A stretch of DNA of 64,000 nt. Source: Octopus vulgaris. Lineage: Eukaryota. Both the position numbers and the translations under genes were made by a program. Shown piece after piece: positions 26,123-38,759 of this stretch. The stretch spans positions 20,832,001 through 20,896,000 of the forward strand of contig OX597819.1 in NCBI GenBank assembly GCA_951406725.2, written 5' to 3'. The stretch's first letter is position 1. Each line of letters opens with the position of its first letter. The notes under the pieces are model-generated. The model was not told the origin of the DNA and made no database searches. It worked only from the letters and a program-made list of their open reading frames with translations.

Positions 26123-27110
26123 TATGAGATGGCTACAGGAGTAGTTTAGTAGCGGGCTAAATGAAGGCATCACGCGGTTTCAAGTGCAGCGAGAGTTTGC
26201 AGTGACCATCATGAGGCAGTGTACCGAGTGACATCATAGAATTTACTTCACAGGTTGCGAAATTTGTGTTCTTTTGATTACGTGTATGCTATAGTCTGCG
26301 ATTTTGTCATGGACAGGAACAAAGATCCAACGTGAGAGTTTGCTTTAAACTTGAGTTGTCTGCTTCAGAGAAATTGCTCATGCTTCGGTAAGCTTACAGC
26401 AACACGGTAATGGGTCATGCGCAATGTTTCGAGTGCACCGGCGCTTCAAAAGCGGAAAAAAGTCCCTGGAAGACGATAACCAATCTGGAAGAACTTGGAA
26501 GAGCGTCTGCCCTGGAAATGAGAGGAAAATTCCTCCGCTTGTTCATGAGAATCCCCAGAGGACAATGAACAAGACTGAGGATGCTTTTGGTCTGTCGTAT
26601 GGGTCCGTGCAGGCAATCCTAAAGTCTGAATTGAACAATTGACGTACCCCTGGCAAGTTTGTCCCCTGCCTTTTGGCGACTGAGCAGAAAGGCCATCGCA
26701 TCGAAGTCTGTCAGGTTGTCCGTCAGAATACCTGTGGTGGTCTATCCTTCATGTCGTGTATCAGCACCGGTGACGTTAGTTGGGTCTACAGGTACGATCC
26801 TGAGACGAAGCAGCAGCCATCACACTGGGGGAGAGGCATTCATCTCCATGATGGCAGAATGCGCGACAGAGCTGCAACTCAATCAAATGCCTACTCATCC
26901 TTATTTTCTACATTCGCAGTGTTGTGCATCGAAATTCTTCCTCCAGGGCAGACTTTTAATCGGGAGTTTTACTGCGATGTTTTGAAGCGTTCGTGGGAGG
27001 ACTTTCGGCATAAGCGACCGGATCTGTGGGAAGCGAAGAATTGGATTCTTCACAAAGACAATGCACCCTGTCAATGAGCTCCCGTCGCTCGGGAATTTCT
27101 TGCCATCGAA
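26123..27110 (+). mobile_element. Mariner (Tc1/mariner) transposon relic, 3'-truncated
   Basis: HRRFKSGKKSLEDDNQSGR, ISTGDVSWVYRYDPETKQQ, LPPGQTFNREFYCDVLKR, RHKRPDLW...WILHKDNAPC; frameshifts and stops. Confidence 0.93.
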
Positions 27111-28118
27111 TAATGCCCTAATATTTGCTAAAAGTCTTTTCTTCAATAAAATTTCAAAAAGTAGCAAATAAAAATAAGTTTTTTTTCCAAAATGACTGCA
27201 GAAACAGTCATCTGCAACTGCACACTCCGTTTATGAGAAATACGATTCCTAAACATGGATTTCTGTTGTATTTTACTGGTGTTACGAATCTCGTATATCT
27301 TGTAAGATTTTAACAGACAATGCTTCAATCTGCAGTCCTCTTTACTCTTTCTTTAAAACATTGACAATTTTATGAGCTGTGTCATCACCTCGGTATGTAA
27401 CCCGTTATATTTTCCTTCCTAATGCCATCAGGCCGGACAATGAACTTACTACTATATTTAAACGCTACCCACAACATTCTCCAATATTCCTCTTCATCCT
27501 GTTTCTCTCTCACTCTCTCAATCTCTATAAATCTCTCTCACTCCTCTCCTCTCTCTTACGTTTGACAACCAGTACAGCTTCCTAGGAACCACATCTCCTG
27601 GAGGTATTCGCTTTTATGTCAGCTACCATTGGGATCTCACTTTAGAAAGGTTCAGTGAGAAAGCAATTCAACGAGATGTTACCGCCACCGTGTTTCACTC
27701 ATCTCTCGGGTTTTAAATGACAGTTTTCAATTGCTGAGCTCTAGAAAATGATTCTGCCACCCCATTCCCTTTCCCTATAGGTAAATGAACTACTGCCGTC
27801 AAATCTTAAACCACCTGCTTGTATGCAGGAGGACACATCTCTTTCCCACTTGCTGACATTTCTTAACAATTCCGTATTCGTGCGCAACCTAGACACTACA
27901 ATCCAGAACTGAAACGATTACATAAACGGATATTTTAGGGTATCCTATAGGAAGGCTATCACAACATTGTGTAGTTTAGCATTAAAAATCTCTGGCACTA
28001 GTCTTATCAAGAAAATTCCACTGCTCCGCATGGAACCTCCCACTTGCTCATGATGTCGGGATTTACTATCACCAAGGACTTATTCGTGTGAAAGATGCTT
28101 AGAATATATTGGAGTGCA

Positions 28119-28337
28119 GGCAGAAACGTTAGCATGCCGGGCGAAATGCGTAGCCGTATTTCGTCTGCCGTTACGTTCTGAGTTCAAATTCCGCCGAGGT
28201 CGACTTTGCTTTTCATCCTTTCTGGGTCGATAAATAAAGTACCAGTTTCGCACTGGGGTCTATGTAATCGACTTAATCCCTTTGTCTGTCCTTGTTTGTC
28301 CCCTATATGTTTAGCCTCTTGTGGGTAGTAAAGAAAT
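28119..28337 (+). mobile_element. SINE family A (A2 tail) with perfect 15 bp TSD
   Basis: TSD atatattggagtgca at 28104-28118 and 28338-28352. Confidence 0.95.
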
Positions 28338-29292
28338 ATATATTGGAGTGCATCGAAAATACTAATCCATTTCTTTAGAAACAGAATATATCTTAGCCCC
28401 ACAGTTGACTACCACTTCCACATTTGAGATATTGCTGCTGCTACGTGGACTTAAAACTCAGAGAACCTCGCTTCAATGGGATTCGTTATAAGAATACTTT
28501 CCAGAATTTGGTCCACCAGTACGGAATCCCTTTTGCTTGTTTTATTTTTCTCTCTTTATTTCTAATACTTTTTTTCTCGGTTTCTTTGGTCACATACCTT
28601 GCTATTCAAGCATCTCCTGCCCATTTGCCTGTCCCCCAATTGTCACCCTTACTCCGTTAAACTCTGTCTTTATCTTTCCTTTACCTCTCTGTCCGAGTCT
28701 TCGTCTCCACACCGTCGACCCTCTGGAATCTCCGTTTCACTCATTTCTTTCCTGCAGGTGGTGACACTGACCGGCTTAGATTGAATATTAACAGCATCAA
28801 CCTTGCCACTCTTGGAAGATTTGCAAGTAATATGGTCTCTTCCAGCGAGTAGAAGCAAACGTTTCAAAATGGAAATTGTTTATGCATTATTCGGAATACA
28901 AACAAGGATGCATCTCTGTGCTGAGAACATACGCAGCGAGTTAAGGCTTTTGTTTCACCTATTTGTGAGGTTGAAGTGAAATGTAAACGGATGAAATCAA
29001 GATTGCTTAAACAGAAAAACTAACAACTGACAAACATGATTTGAAGTAATTACATGAGAAAAGAAATCTAGTGCTTCGGCCGGTTGCCAATGGATGTTAT
29101 CCGTTATCCTATTCTTACTTCTGGAAATAGCATTCCAACTGACGGAAACAATATTTTCAAAGGATACGAAGAACATATTAATGATGTTTGAATAGACAGT
29201 CACATGTGGATCAGTCAATAATTACTAAATGGCAGCACACACATACACACACAGATGACGGATAGATAGACATATATATATATATATATTTA

Positions 29293-29477
29293 CCGTATTT
29301 CGTCTGTCGTTACGTTCGAAGTTCAAATTCCGCCGAGGTCGACTTTGCCTTTCATCCTTTCGGGGTCGATAAATTAAGTACCAGTTACGCACTGGGGTCG
29401 ATGTAATCGACTTAATCCCTTTGTCTGTCCTTGTTTGTCCCCTCTGTGTTTAGCCCTTTGTGGATAGTAAAGAAATA
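29293..29477 (+). mobile_element. SINE family A (A2 tail), 5'-truncated, in (TA)n
   Basis: ccgtatttcgtctgtcgttacg...gcctttcatcctttcggggtcgataaattaagtaccag...tagtaaagaaata. Confidence 0.93.
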
Positions 29478-29479
29478 TA

Positions 29480-29941
29480 TACATTTAAACACAAAAGAGG
29501 CGAGCCATAACAGGTTGCTAAGATACAAGAAAGAACAGTCAAAAGGTCGAAATCAGAATTAAGAGCAATTTCGAATGAAAAAAAAAAACTAAGCTAAGAG
29601 CATTAGATTCCTTGGAAGAAAGCAGTGAATGTATACGAAAACAAGGATGGAAAAACAAATGTTACACAAATACAAATGCAATTAACAGGACATAACAATA
29701 GGTGTCTTTCGACTAAGGACGAATCCAATTAAGCTGGCGAGTGTGGAAGTAAACCCTTACAGCAGGGACTGGCCAGATTGGAGCAATCTCGAGTAAAACC
29801 ATCCGAAATTGCAAAGTTGATCTGGAACTCGACTGAGGATAGAAAACCCCGAATGACCCATTCTTGTTTTCTTTGTATCGTCTGTCTGTATGTTTTGTTG
29901 TCCCTTTTTTGCATCACCTGTCTGGATATCTTTGCACCATT

Positions 29942-29945
<4 letters not shown>
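29480..29945 (+). mobile_element. Possible PLE pLTR relic
   Basis: ctgaggatagaaaaccccgaa (degenerate hammerhead-like); short inverted match tacgaaaacaagga (~29634) vs ttcttgttttctttgta (~29861); ends in (TA)n. Confidence 0.35.
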
Positions 29946-29979
<34 letters not shown>

Positions 29980-30524
29980 ATTGATAGATTGATTGATATA
30001 CATATATATAGAGAGAAATAGACAGATAATGTGTATGAGTGCCCATGTGCTTGTATGTACGAGTGAATACATCCCTGAATTTGTGCTTGTGCGTGCATGT
30101 GGTTGTGTGTGTACGCATTCGGGTAGATAGGTTCTTACTTAAGCACACAATGACATTGAGAGAGAATTTGACATGTTTATTTCAATAATAGTTCAAAACA
30201 TTCAAAGGTTTGTAGCATGGTATACATCGGGACTTACATGTCAAAGGAAAAAAAAATTGTAGGGAATAAAAATGTTATTCGAAAATAGAGTAGGAGAATA
30301 TTGGACGGTGAGATCGTTAAATTCGTTGGAAAGTAAACCTATTTATCTATGAATGAAATATCCTACAATTTTGATTTCTTACTAAGTAAAGGGTTGTAAA
30401 ACCTTCTTTAAATGAGGACTCAGAGCGAAATATATTCAGTTAATAAATTAGTGAAAAGATGGTTGACTGTGGCGGAAATGGTGAGGGAGGTGTAAAGAAA
30501 AGCGAGGAAGAAGTAGGGAGAGAG

Positions 30525-30754
30525 TTTTTTTTTTTTTTTTGTACTTGTTCCAGTCATTTGACTGCGGCATGCTGGAGCACCGCCTTTAGAGTGGTGAAAG
30601 AGTACAGCAGGGATCACCACCTCCTGCCGGAGCCTCGTGGAGCTTTTAGGTGTTTTTTTCGCTCAATAAACACACACAAAGCCCGGTCTGGGAATCGAAA
30701 CCGCGATCCTCCGACCGCAAGTCCGCTGCCCTAACCACTAGGCCATTGCGCCTC
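30525..30754 (-). mobile_element. Third tRNA-derived SINE (family D head) carrying the family B 3' tail
   Basis: Minus strand GGCGCAATGGCCTAGTGGTTAGGGCAGCGGACTTGCGGTC...TTTCGATTCCC (A and B boxes); unique body; then AAAGGCGGTGCTCCAGCATGCCGCAGTCAAATGACTGGAACAAGTA. Confidence 0.85.
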
Positions 30755-31029
30755 AGATGATTAATATTAATAAACTTCGGCCCAGTTTTCACAAAGTTAG
30801 CTGAAGGTCGAGGTAAAGTACGAGAGAAAACGAAGGAGCGAGAAGTGTTAACGATGTGTGGTTGGGTGGGGGAAGAAATACTTATCACGTGGTTAAAATG
30901 TTAGCTGAAGGGAAAGGTAGAGAGAGATGGACAAGAGAGGCTGTTATATTGAGAGAGACGTGGAGAGAGAGACAAGCAAAAAGCTTTGGTGGTGGTAAGT
31001 TGATAGGGAAAAGTATTATGCTGTGTTAA

Positions 31030-31836
31030 ACTACTTATTTTTATAGCGACCATAGCTTAACGCATGCGCATGCGCATAAATGCAATTATTTATCGTCTGC
31101 TCGCTTAAAAAAATTATTTGTTTATAAAAGTTAATTTAGTCTAATCTCTGGATTCACAAGAAACACGGTGTACTCAGCCCGACAAAGGATGCGCAGATAT
31201 AGGGCACGGAACAGAGAGGAAAATCGAGACGATATATAAAAAATATATAAAAGAAACACCGACGAAGACGTGTTGACATTCATGTGGACATTCATGTCGG
31301 GAATATTTATAGAAATCTAGGTGTTTTATGGTAAATCTCATCCCCATTAAAAATTTGCCATTAAAAAATTGGGTCATCTCCGTGGCGACAGGAGATTGGG
31401 TTAAAAGTGTTAGATCCTCTTGATTCAATAATTCAACACATTGACGTTTGGCCTCCTCAATAGGTATGGCATTGTAGCGTTATAAAAATATTATCAGATT
31501 GAATAAAATGTTTAATTTTTTCCGTTTTCATGTTTATTAATTTTTTCAGTTTTGTATGATTTTTTATAAAAATATTATCAGATTTAGTAAGATGGTTAAC
31601 CGTTTCACTTTTTCTGTTTATTAATTTATCATTTTTTTTTTTGGGGGGGGGGGTTATTTACGGTTGAGCAAATTTTTTTAGTTGGGGGAGATAACACAAT
31701 TTTTTAATGGGGTTGAGATAACCAAAACGTACCGAAATCGGAATTATGAAAGCTATTTAAAGGCAAAGCATACTTTCTTTTTAAATAAGTCCCCTTAATT
31801 TTTCCCATTCCGTTGAATATACACGGATCTTACTAG
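31030..31836 (+). mobile_element. Probable non-autonomous Helitron (different family)
   Basis: 3' hairpin tccgt...acgga followed by CTAG|T at 31833-31836. Internal inverted match tcatccccattaaaaa/tttttaatggggttga and duplicated taaaaatattatcagatt. The 5' boundary is uncertain. Confidence 0.45.
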
Positions 31837-31906
31837 TATGAATATATATGTATATATAACGTGCAAGCATGGCCATAGGAACATGGGTTGGCGTAGGCGT
31901 AGCTAT

Positions 31907-32292
31907 AGGTGCAGGCGTGGCTATGTGGTAAGAAGCTTGTTTTCCAGCCACATGGTTCCAGGTTCAGTCCCACTTCATGACACCTTGGGCAAGTGTTATC
32001 TACTATAGTCTAGAGCCGACTAAAGCCTTGTGAGTGGGTTTGGTAGTCGGAAACTGAAAGAAGCCCGTTGTATATATGTATGAATATGTGTGTGCACGTG
32101 TGTGTATCTGAGTTTGTCTTCCCACAATCGCTTGACAACCGATATTGATGCGTTTACGTCCCCGTAACTTAGCGGTTTGGGAAAAGAGACCGATATGAGA
32201 AGCACTAGGCTTACAAGGAATAAGTCGATTTCTTCGATTAAAGGCAGTGCTCCAGCATGGCTGCAGTCAGATGACTGAAAAAAATAAAATAA
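31907..32292 (+). mobile_element. SINE family B, full length, diverged
   Basis: aggtgcaggcgtggctatgtggtaag...ggttcagtccc...accttgggcaagtg...gtgctccagcatggctgcagtcagatgactgaaa. Confidence 0.93.
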
Positions 32293-32649
32293 CAAACACA
32301 CACACATATATATATATATATTCTATTTGTGTATATACATATATGTGTGAATGTATGTATATGCATGTATATATATTATATATATGTGTGTGTTTGTGTA
32401 TGTATATCATGTAATGTAGCGAACATGAAATCAAGTATTGAGTACCTATTATAAAATTCGTATAGGATATTTAGCAATCCGTGTTGCTTTGCTTTTGGTA
32501 TGTTACAGCACTTTGAATATAGTGTTGTTAAAAAATATTCCAATTGTAAATAACTGTTATTTATTAAGATTTTCCACTCTAAAATTTGTTAGACTATTTG
32601 CAAACACATAATTCACCTAAATCTACGGAACGTAGTGGTTCTATACAAT

Positions 32650-33290
32650 TTATCTCAAATACTTGTGTGTCTATCGTTATTTAATGACATGAGATTTTGA
32701 AACAGATTTAGCTGAAGTTTCTTACAATTTGTGTGATTTTGTAGGAAATCCCCCCGTATATGGCGCGCGTAGTGTTTTTTTTTTTTCAAAATTCCATTCC
32801 AGAAGAGTAGACTTAGTTCAGCAGTCTTCAACTTTGGATCATCTTTTATTCGAAGATATCTTTCAAGACTATGTTGGTGGATTTCTCTTTTTGTAAGGTA
32901 ATCAACATTGTTTTTGAGAAAGATATTACTTCTAGCTCTAACAGGTCGGACCATCATGCTACCAAATAACCTTTCCTTAGTTTATTTCCGATTGCTCCAA
33001 TCAAGTAACCCAGCTATGAAAAGCTTTGCAGCTATAACATCTCGGAATATTTTCTTGTATCTGTCTTGTTCTATCTTAACAGTAGAACTAAAAAAACACA
33101 AAAAAAAGACTTGTTTAAGCTGGTTCATTGAAATATTCTTGTACTTGCTCAGCGCCTTTAAAGACATATCCATCTCTCTGAGCTCAGAAGTGTTCTATCT
33201 GTATTTGAGACAGTGGAAACCATTTGAGAGAATTTTTCCTATTATTTCTGCTCGAGTAGTCACTGAATTTCTATATCTTACTATTTGAAA
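32650..33290 (-). pseudogene. Possible hAT transposase C-terminal relic
   Basis: LFIAGLLDWSNRK (like A..LDPR.K), LERYL...LLFW and NDRHTS (like DRR.SL) occur in the order expected for the hAT dimerisation region; highly degraded. Confidence 0.4.
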
Positions 33291-34564
33291 TAAAATTATA
33301 CACAAATCTGTACAGTGAGATCCTCTCAGAGATCAAACTCAACACGACACCTAAGGTCAAACAATCGCGTTGTGGATATAAAAATCTACTGAAAGCAACG
33401 TTAATGGGGCCACAATTACAGTTTGGATTTCCTTTTATACACGTCACACATCAGCTTGATTGTAGGAAATTACGGTGCTTTTACAATTATGATGCATGTA
33501 TTTAAAATCACACTGTGTGACAAAGATCGTTTATGAATTTAAGCGGCCTCTCTTTGTTATAATATACATTAACCAAACAGACAACTGCTCTGAAATGTTC
33601 AGAGTCGAATAGAATCTATAACAACCTTTGTTCTACTCTCCAAATCCCATTACAGATATAAAATTTCACTAACGTTCAACGTCCGCTTTGTAAAAGGATA
33701 AACGACATCTCATTTTGTGAAATCGGTGTCGAGCGCAACCGCACACAGTTTTGTATAAGATTAATATTAATTTGCTGACGTAAATAATAAAGAAGAGGTC
33801 ACGCATGAAAGAGCTGGGATTTTAGAGTTTAAGCAAAACTGTTAGGGTTTTGGAAGGGGTATGTTTTGTCAGTGCCTAAGTTCATGTTAACCCACGTGTA
33901 ACATGTGAAACAACAAATCGATGTGACCCTACCTAATTCACATGTTTTGCTTATAAAAGATGATGACGACAACGACAACGTTGATGATTATGATGAGGAG
34001 GGGGAGGAGGAAGGGGACGCGGAATCGATGGGAGGTAGAAGAAAGAAGCACGATACAAATAGCATAGGTGATGGCGATGAGGACATTCGTGAAATTGCTA
34101 TTTTTATGATGGTGATGACGATGGCGTCGATGACAATTACGATGCTGATAATAAACCTCATCAAGGTTATGATTATCGTCGTCGTCTTCATCATTAACAT
34201 TATTCTAAGCATCACTATCGAGACATTTCTGTCGCCACCGGTGAATTAATTCTGTGAAAATCTTGAAATGTCGGATGTTATGGTAAGCACCGTCTGAAGC
34301 TAAAAGCACGGCTGATGCATTTGTAGTAAGCAGACACATCCCACGATATAAACAGAAGGGAAGACGATGCCAAGAAAAGACATGCACACACTCAGTGAAA
34401 CTGTAGGAAATGGCCGTCAACATCTCATGAACCCACATCTTTCTTACTAACAAGATACCGTATTCTTGGTTACTCATATAAGCCCACATAAATATATTTG
34501 CAGAGATAGAGAGAGAGAGAGTGATATGAAGAAAATATGTAATCATACATGTAGTATATACATT

Positions 34565-34612
<48 letters not shown>

Positions 34613-34793
34613 TATATACGAGTGAGTCGACAAATGAAAGGATGGCACTCAAGAAATTTATTGGGAGTTACATGTATAGAACAAAACACTTTGATCCAAA
34701 TTCGTGGGTTATCATGAGCTTGAAGCGGGTTGACGACTAGCATCACGCTTCAAGCTAAAGAGTACCAACGAATTTGAATCAAAATGATTTGAT

Positions 34794-34832
<39 letters not shown>

Positions 34833-34839
<7 letters not shown>

Positions 34840-36535
34840 TGAATAAAGTTATAATATGGTATGTTTTTCCCGTTTTGCATTATTGTATTTAAAAACAATT
34901 TCTGCATCGTGAAAAGAAGTATTTTCTAATATTCATAATTTTTAGTTAGCGCTTTCATACGTTCGTAGTAATCATCAGATTTCAATGAAATGATTGACTT
35001 CTTTTTTATTCTACTGGCATAGATCCATCCTTTATTATAACCAATTAGGTTGCGGTTTACATGTAATAATTTTACTAGTGAGCAGAGTTAGTTGATTTCG
35101 ATATATACATTTAGCAAAAGGTTTGCAAGGCAGGGGCAGGCCTCATTAGACACGTTCGTGTCCATAGAACATGATTACTGCTTTGTTTTAAAGAACTCTC
35201 AGTGGTTAGTTTTAAATACACGTGGGGGCATTTCTGTGTCTGTTTTTGGTTTATTTTTCTTCAGGAAGGAGTTATCCGATGCGTTTTCTATGTTAAACTG
35301 AGTTTCGTAGTTATTAAAGAAATAGGCTTGTTTATCCCAACGTTGTAAGGAGTTAGTTTCTTCATCCACGCAAGTTGTTTTCCGTAGATTAAAAACCCTT
35401 TCCAAGCGGGGACCGTCCGTAAGTTTCTTTAATTCGTTGTAAATCTCCTCATCTATGTTTTTAACTTTTTTTTCATTGCTTAGTACTCTAAGCTTAAGGA
35501 GTTCTATTTCTGTCTTCATTCTTCCAGTGCAAGTTTTTCTCTTAATTGTCTTTGTTGATCCTCCTCGTTTGGTATACGCTTAATTTGGAATTTGCGAGGT
35601 AAAATTATTGGTGTAGAATTTAGACAGCGTTCGTAGATTTCTGCCTTGTGATTTAAAAAAAATCATATTCTAGAAAGTAAATTTTCTGGCTTTAAGTTTT
35701 TGATGCCATATGTGGATAATGCGGTTTTTAATAGAAAGTGTAACTGTGGAGGGATTGCTGTCTTGTGTATCATCTATAGGGGGGAGTTTCATTTATAAAA
35801 TTATTATGAGGTAAAGAGTGAAGAGTGGTGCATAATTCGGACAAATGGTGATTGAGTTGTTCCAGAGGAAGTTCTTTCTTTCCTTTTTCTTTCGCCTCTT
35901 GGGTAGAGCAAGTTAGTTCTTCGATCTTGCTCATTAAAAGTCTCAGATTTGTGTTAATCTCTTTCAGTTCCTTAAGGGTCTCTTCGTTGAGAGTTTTCGA
36001 TGTAGAGTTTGAATTTTGCGGCGTTTTCGAGCTCACGTGTAGTGAGATATAGTAGTAATATGTTACGAAAAGAAAATGTAAAATACACGTGGAAATGTAA
36101 GGGTAAAATATGAAAAATCAACGAAAATGCATATTGCAGATAGAAAAAGGCTATTTATGACAGGTAGTGACAAATATATACATTTAGATTGACTGAGGTA
36201 GTAATAGTACGAGTCATAAAGGTCATTATTATGAGATGATTATAAGTTGATAATAATAATAAAGTAAGAGAACAAAATGAACCAATTGGTTTACGCGAAG
36301 GCTATTCATCGTTTGAACAACACCGGTTAATATACGGTGTCAGGTCTAATAGTTCCTAAGAAAAAAGATTATTTGTAAGGGAGGTAAGTAGTTCTGGAAT
36401 TAGAGATATGAGTGATGTAGGTAGTGTATAGGGTTTAGTGGTTTAAATTGAAGAGTTAGTGGTGTTCTGTATTGAGTTGTGTGTTCATATTTAGTTGGAG
36501 GAGAAATTTGTTGATGAAAAATGCCTCGTTATTCA
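34833..36535 (-). mobile_element. Element inserted in (TA)n carrying a disrupted helical/coiled-coil ORF (class uncertain, possibly PLE N-terminal ORF)
   Basis: Minus-strand pieces TLKELKEINTNLRLLMSKIEEL / IWHQKLKARKFTF*N / KAEIYERCLNSTPIILPRKFQIKRIPNEEDQQRQLREKLALE / MKTEIELLKLR...EETNSLQRWDKQAYFFNNYE joined through frameshifts. (TA)n on both sides. Confidence 0.6.
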
Positions 36536-36594
36536 ACATATATATATATATAAGCAGAGATACCCAGACTTACACGGGATTAAAATGGCATAGA

Positions 36595-36745
36595 TTTTTG
36601 CTTTACTCGTTTCAGTCATGTGATTGTGTCCATGCTGGAGCCCCATAGTTGGTCGAATTAATTGACTACAGGATTTGTTCTTTGTAAGACTAGTACTTGA
36701 TATATCAGTGATATATCCGAACCGTTGGGTTATGGGAACGACTAC
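36595..36745 (-). mobile_element. SINE family B 3' fragment
   Basis: tttactcgtttcagtcatgtgattgtgtccatgctggagc...tctttgtaagactagtactt...ccgaaccg. Confidence 0.75.
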
Positions 36746-36817
36746 CATCACCCTTGAAATTAAAGTATGCCAACGAATTTGATCTATCTATCTATCTAGC
36801 TATCTACATATATATAT

Positions 36818-37049
36818 ATTTCTTTACTGCCCACAAGGGACTAAACATAGAGGGGACAAACAAGGACAGACAAACGGATTAAGTCGATCACATCGACCCC
36901 AGTGCGAAACTGGTACTTTATTTATCGACCCCGAAAGGATGAAAGGCAAAGTCGACCTCGACGAAATTTGAACTCAGAACGTAACGACAGACGAAATACC
37001 GCTAAGCATTTCACCCGGCGTGCTAAAGTTTCTGCCAGCTCGCTGCCCT
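36818..37049 (-). mobile_element. SINE family A (A2 tail) with TSD and extra 5' junction duplication
   Basis: TSD agctatctacatatatatatat at 36798 and 37077; extra partial copy at 37051-37076. Confidence 0.93.
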
Positions 37050-37224
37050 CATCTACATGTATATATATTGAATTACAGCTATCTACATATATATATATAT
37101 TGAATTACGGTACATGGTCTGCTTTTTCCGTTTTACAAACACAGCAACATCGGTTATCAAGCTATGGTAGGGGTACGCACACTTACACACTCGTACGCGC
37201 ACACACACACACACAAATATAGGG

Positions 37225-37300
37225 ATATATACGGCAGTCTTCTTTCAGTTTGTGTGTTCGAAATCCACTCACAAGGTTTTGGTCGGCCTTAGTCTATGAT
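37225..37300 (-). mobile_element. SINE family B middle fragment
   Basis: cttctttcagttt...aaatccactcacaaggttttggtcggcc. Confidence 0.7.
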
Positions 37301-37508
37301 ATATATATATATAAGAAAAATATAAATAAAAACGGAAAATACGCACACTTAGCGATTGCGAAATCGGTGAATACATTAAAAATTATACTATAACCATGTA
37401 AATGTGCGTATTTTCCGTTTTTATTTTTCTTATATACATTACAATCCACCACGTGGGGACAACCGAAATTCCTCTTTTCTGTTACTACTACTATATATAT
37501 ATGTGTGT

Positions 37509-37553
<45 letters not shown>

Positions 37554-37555
<2 letters not shown>

Positions 37556-38759
37556 GGGTCATCTCATAAATAACGCGTTTTGTTTTCAATTGCATGAACT
37601 AAAAGTCGGAGGGGGACGAGATAAATTACCTGCATGAACTTGTTATAAAAGCAGACCGCAATTTTAACTTGCACTTACTCTTAGTGCATTGTTTTGCAAG
37701 TGTGCACTTTGAATTTCACAGTTATTTTTTGAAAGCGATAATGGAACTGACAAAGGTGTATATTCGGCATTTTTTGCTTCATGAGTTCAATAAATGCAAC
37801 ACCGCAACGGAGAGTGTGAGGAGTTTTAATGCAGTATATGAGGATCGGACAACAAGCGTAAGCCAATTTTGTAGCAGTTGATCCAGAAATTCCGACCCGG
37901 AAACTGCACCCTTGAAGAAGAACCTCGTCCTGGAAGGTCTGTAGAGCTCGACGATGTCATCATGCAAACCCTGTTGGAACAAAATACCATCCTAACTATT
38001 GAGGAATAAGCAGAGATGTTTGGATTTGGACATTCAACCATTCACCAACACCTGCGTGTCGTCGGAATTGTCAGCAAATTGGATTAATGGGTTCCTCACA
38101 AACTCACCGAATCTAATCGCGTGCAGAATGTAAATGTGTGCTCTTCTTTGCTGTCAAGACTCACCAATGAACTATTTGTGGGTCCAATAGTGACTGGTGA
38201 CGAGAAATAGGTTCTCTATAAAAATTTCAAGTGCTGAAGACAAGTGGAAGGGAGAAAGACAGGCAGCCCAGGTCAAAGAAGACTTCACCCACATAAGTTG
38301 TTAACCAAAGGAGATCTGTTGTGAGTAGCATGAGCGGCTTAAGTCAGCGTCATAAGAAAAGCAACCATCTTTGTTTCCAAGATGAAAAGTTTTCTTCCAT
38401 CAGAATCATGCTGCGCCACATACAGAAAGGATTAAATTTCAAATGCTGGAGCAGTTCGAATGGGAAACGATACTTCATCCACCTGATTCGCCAGACATTG
38501 ACCAATCTAATTACCCTTTATTCCGCAGACTTCCCGTTCATTTGGACGGAAAAAATATAAATTCTGTAGAAGAGGTCAGAACAGTAGTGGAGGAGTATTT
38601 TTCACCATGGTAAAGTTAATTTTGGAATAGGGGCCTTGCAATTTTCTCAGATGCGAGTGCATTGTAGAAAATGGTGGAGGGTATATTTTAGATTAAAACA
38701 GAAATTTATCTTAATTTTGAACAATAAAAGAAGTCCGCATTATTTATGGGATGACTCAA
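37554..38759 (+). mobile_element. Full-length degenerate mariner transposon with TIRs and TA target duplication
   Basis: TA|tagggtcatctcataaataacgcg ... ccgcattatttatgggatgactcaa|TA. Transposase from ATG 37741: MELTKVYIRHFLLHEFNK...LEEEPRPGR...WVPHKL...IVTGDEK*VLY, with stops and frameshifts. Confidence 0.95.

Noticed and set aside
27560-28760. Possible very old LINE RT relic around the SINE at 28119
   Set aside because: Only isolated weak motifs; no continuous peptide could be supported.
30680-30754. tRNA gene candidate
   Set aside because: The acceptor stem is not closed and the sequence continues into a SINE body and tail, so it is a SINE head.
33905-34249. Acidic-then-hydrophobic 114-aa ORF resembling a membrane protein
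   Set aside because: Built from degenerate GAT/GAG/ATC triplet repeats.
34734-36782. Similar ~45 bp segments (cgacta.catcac.ctt...ccaacgaatttga) at 34734 and 36739 as LTRs or a TSD
   Set aside because: They are diverged and do not coincide with the element's (TA)n boundaries; more likely two fragments of a dispersed repeat.
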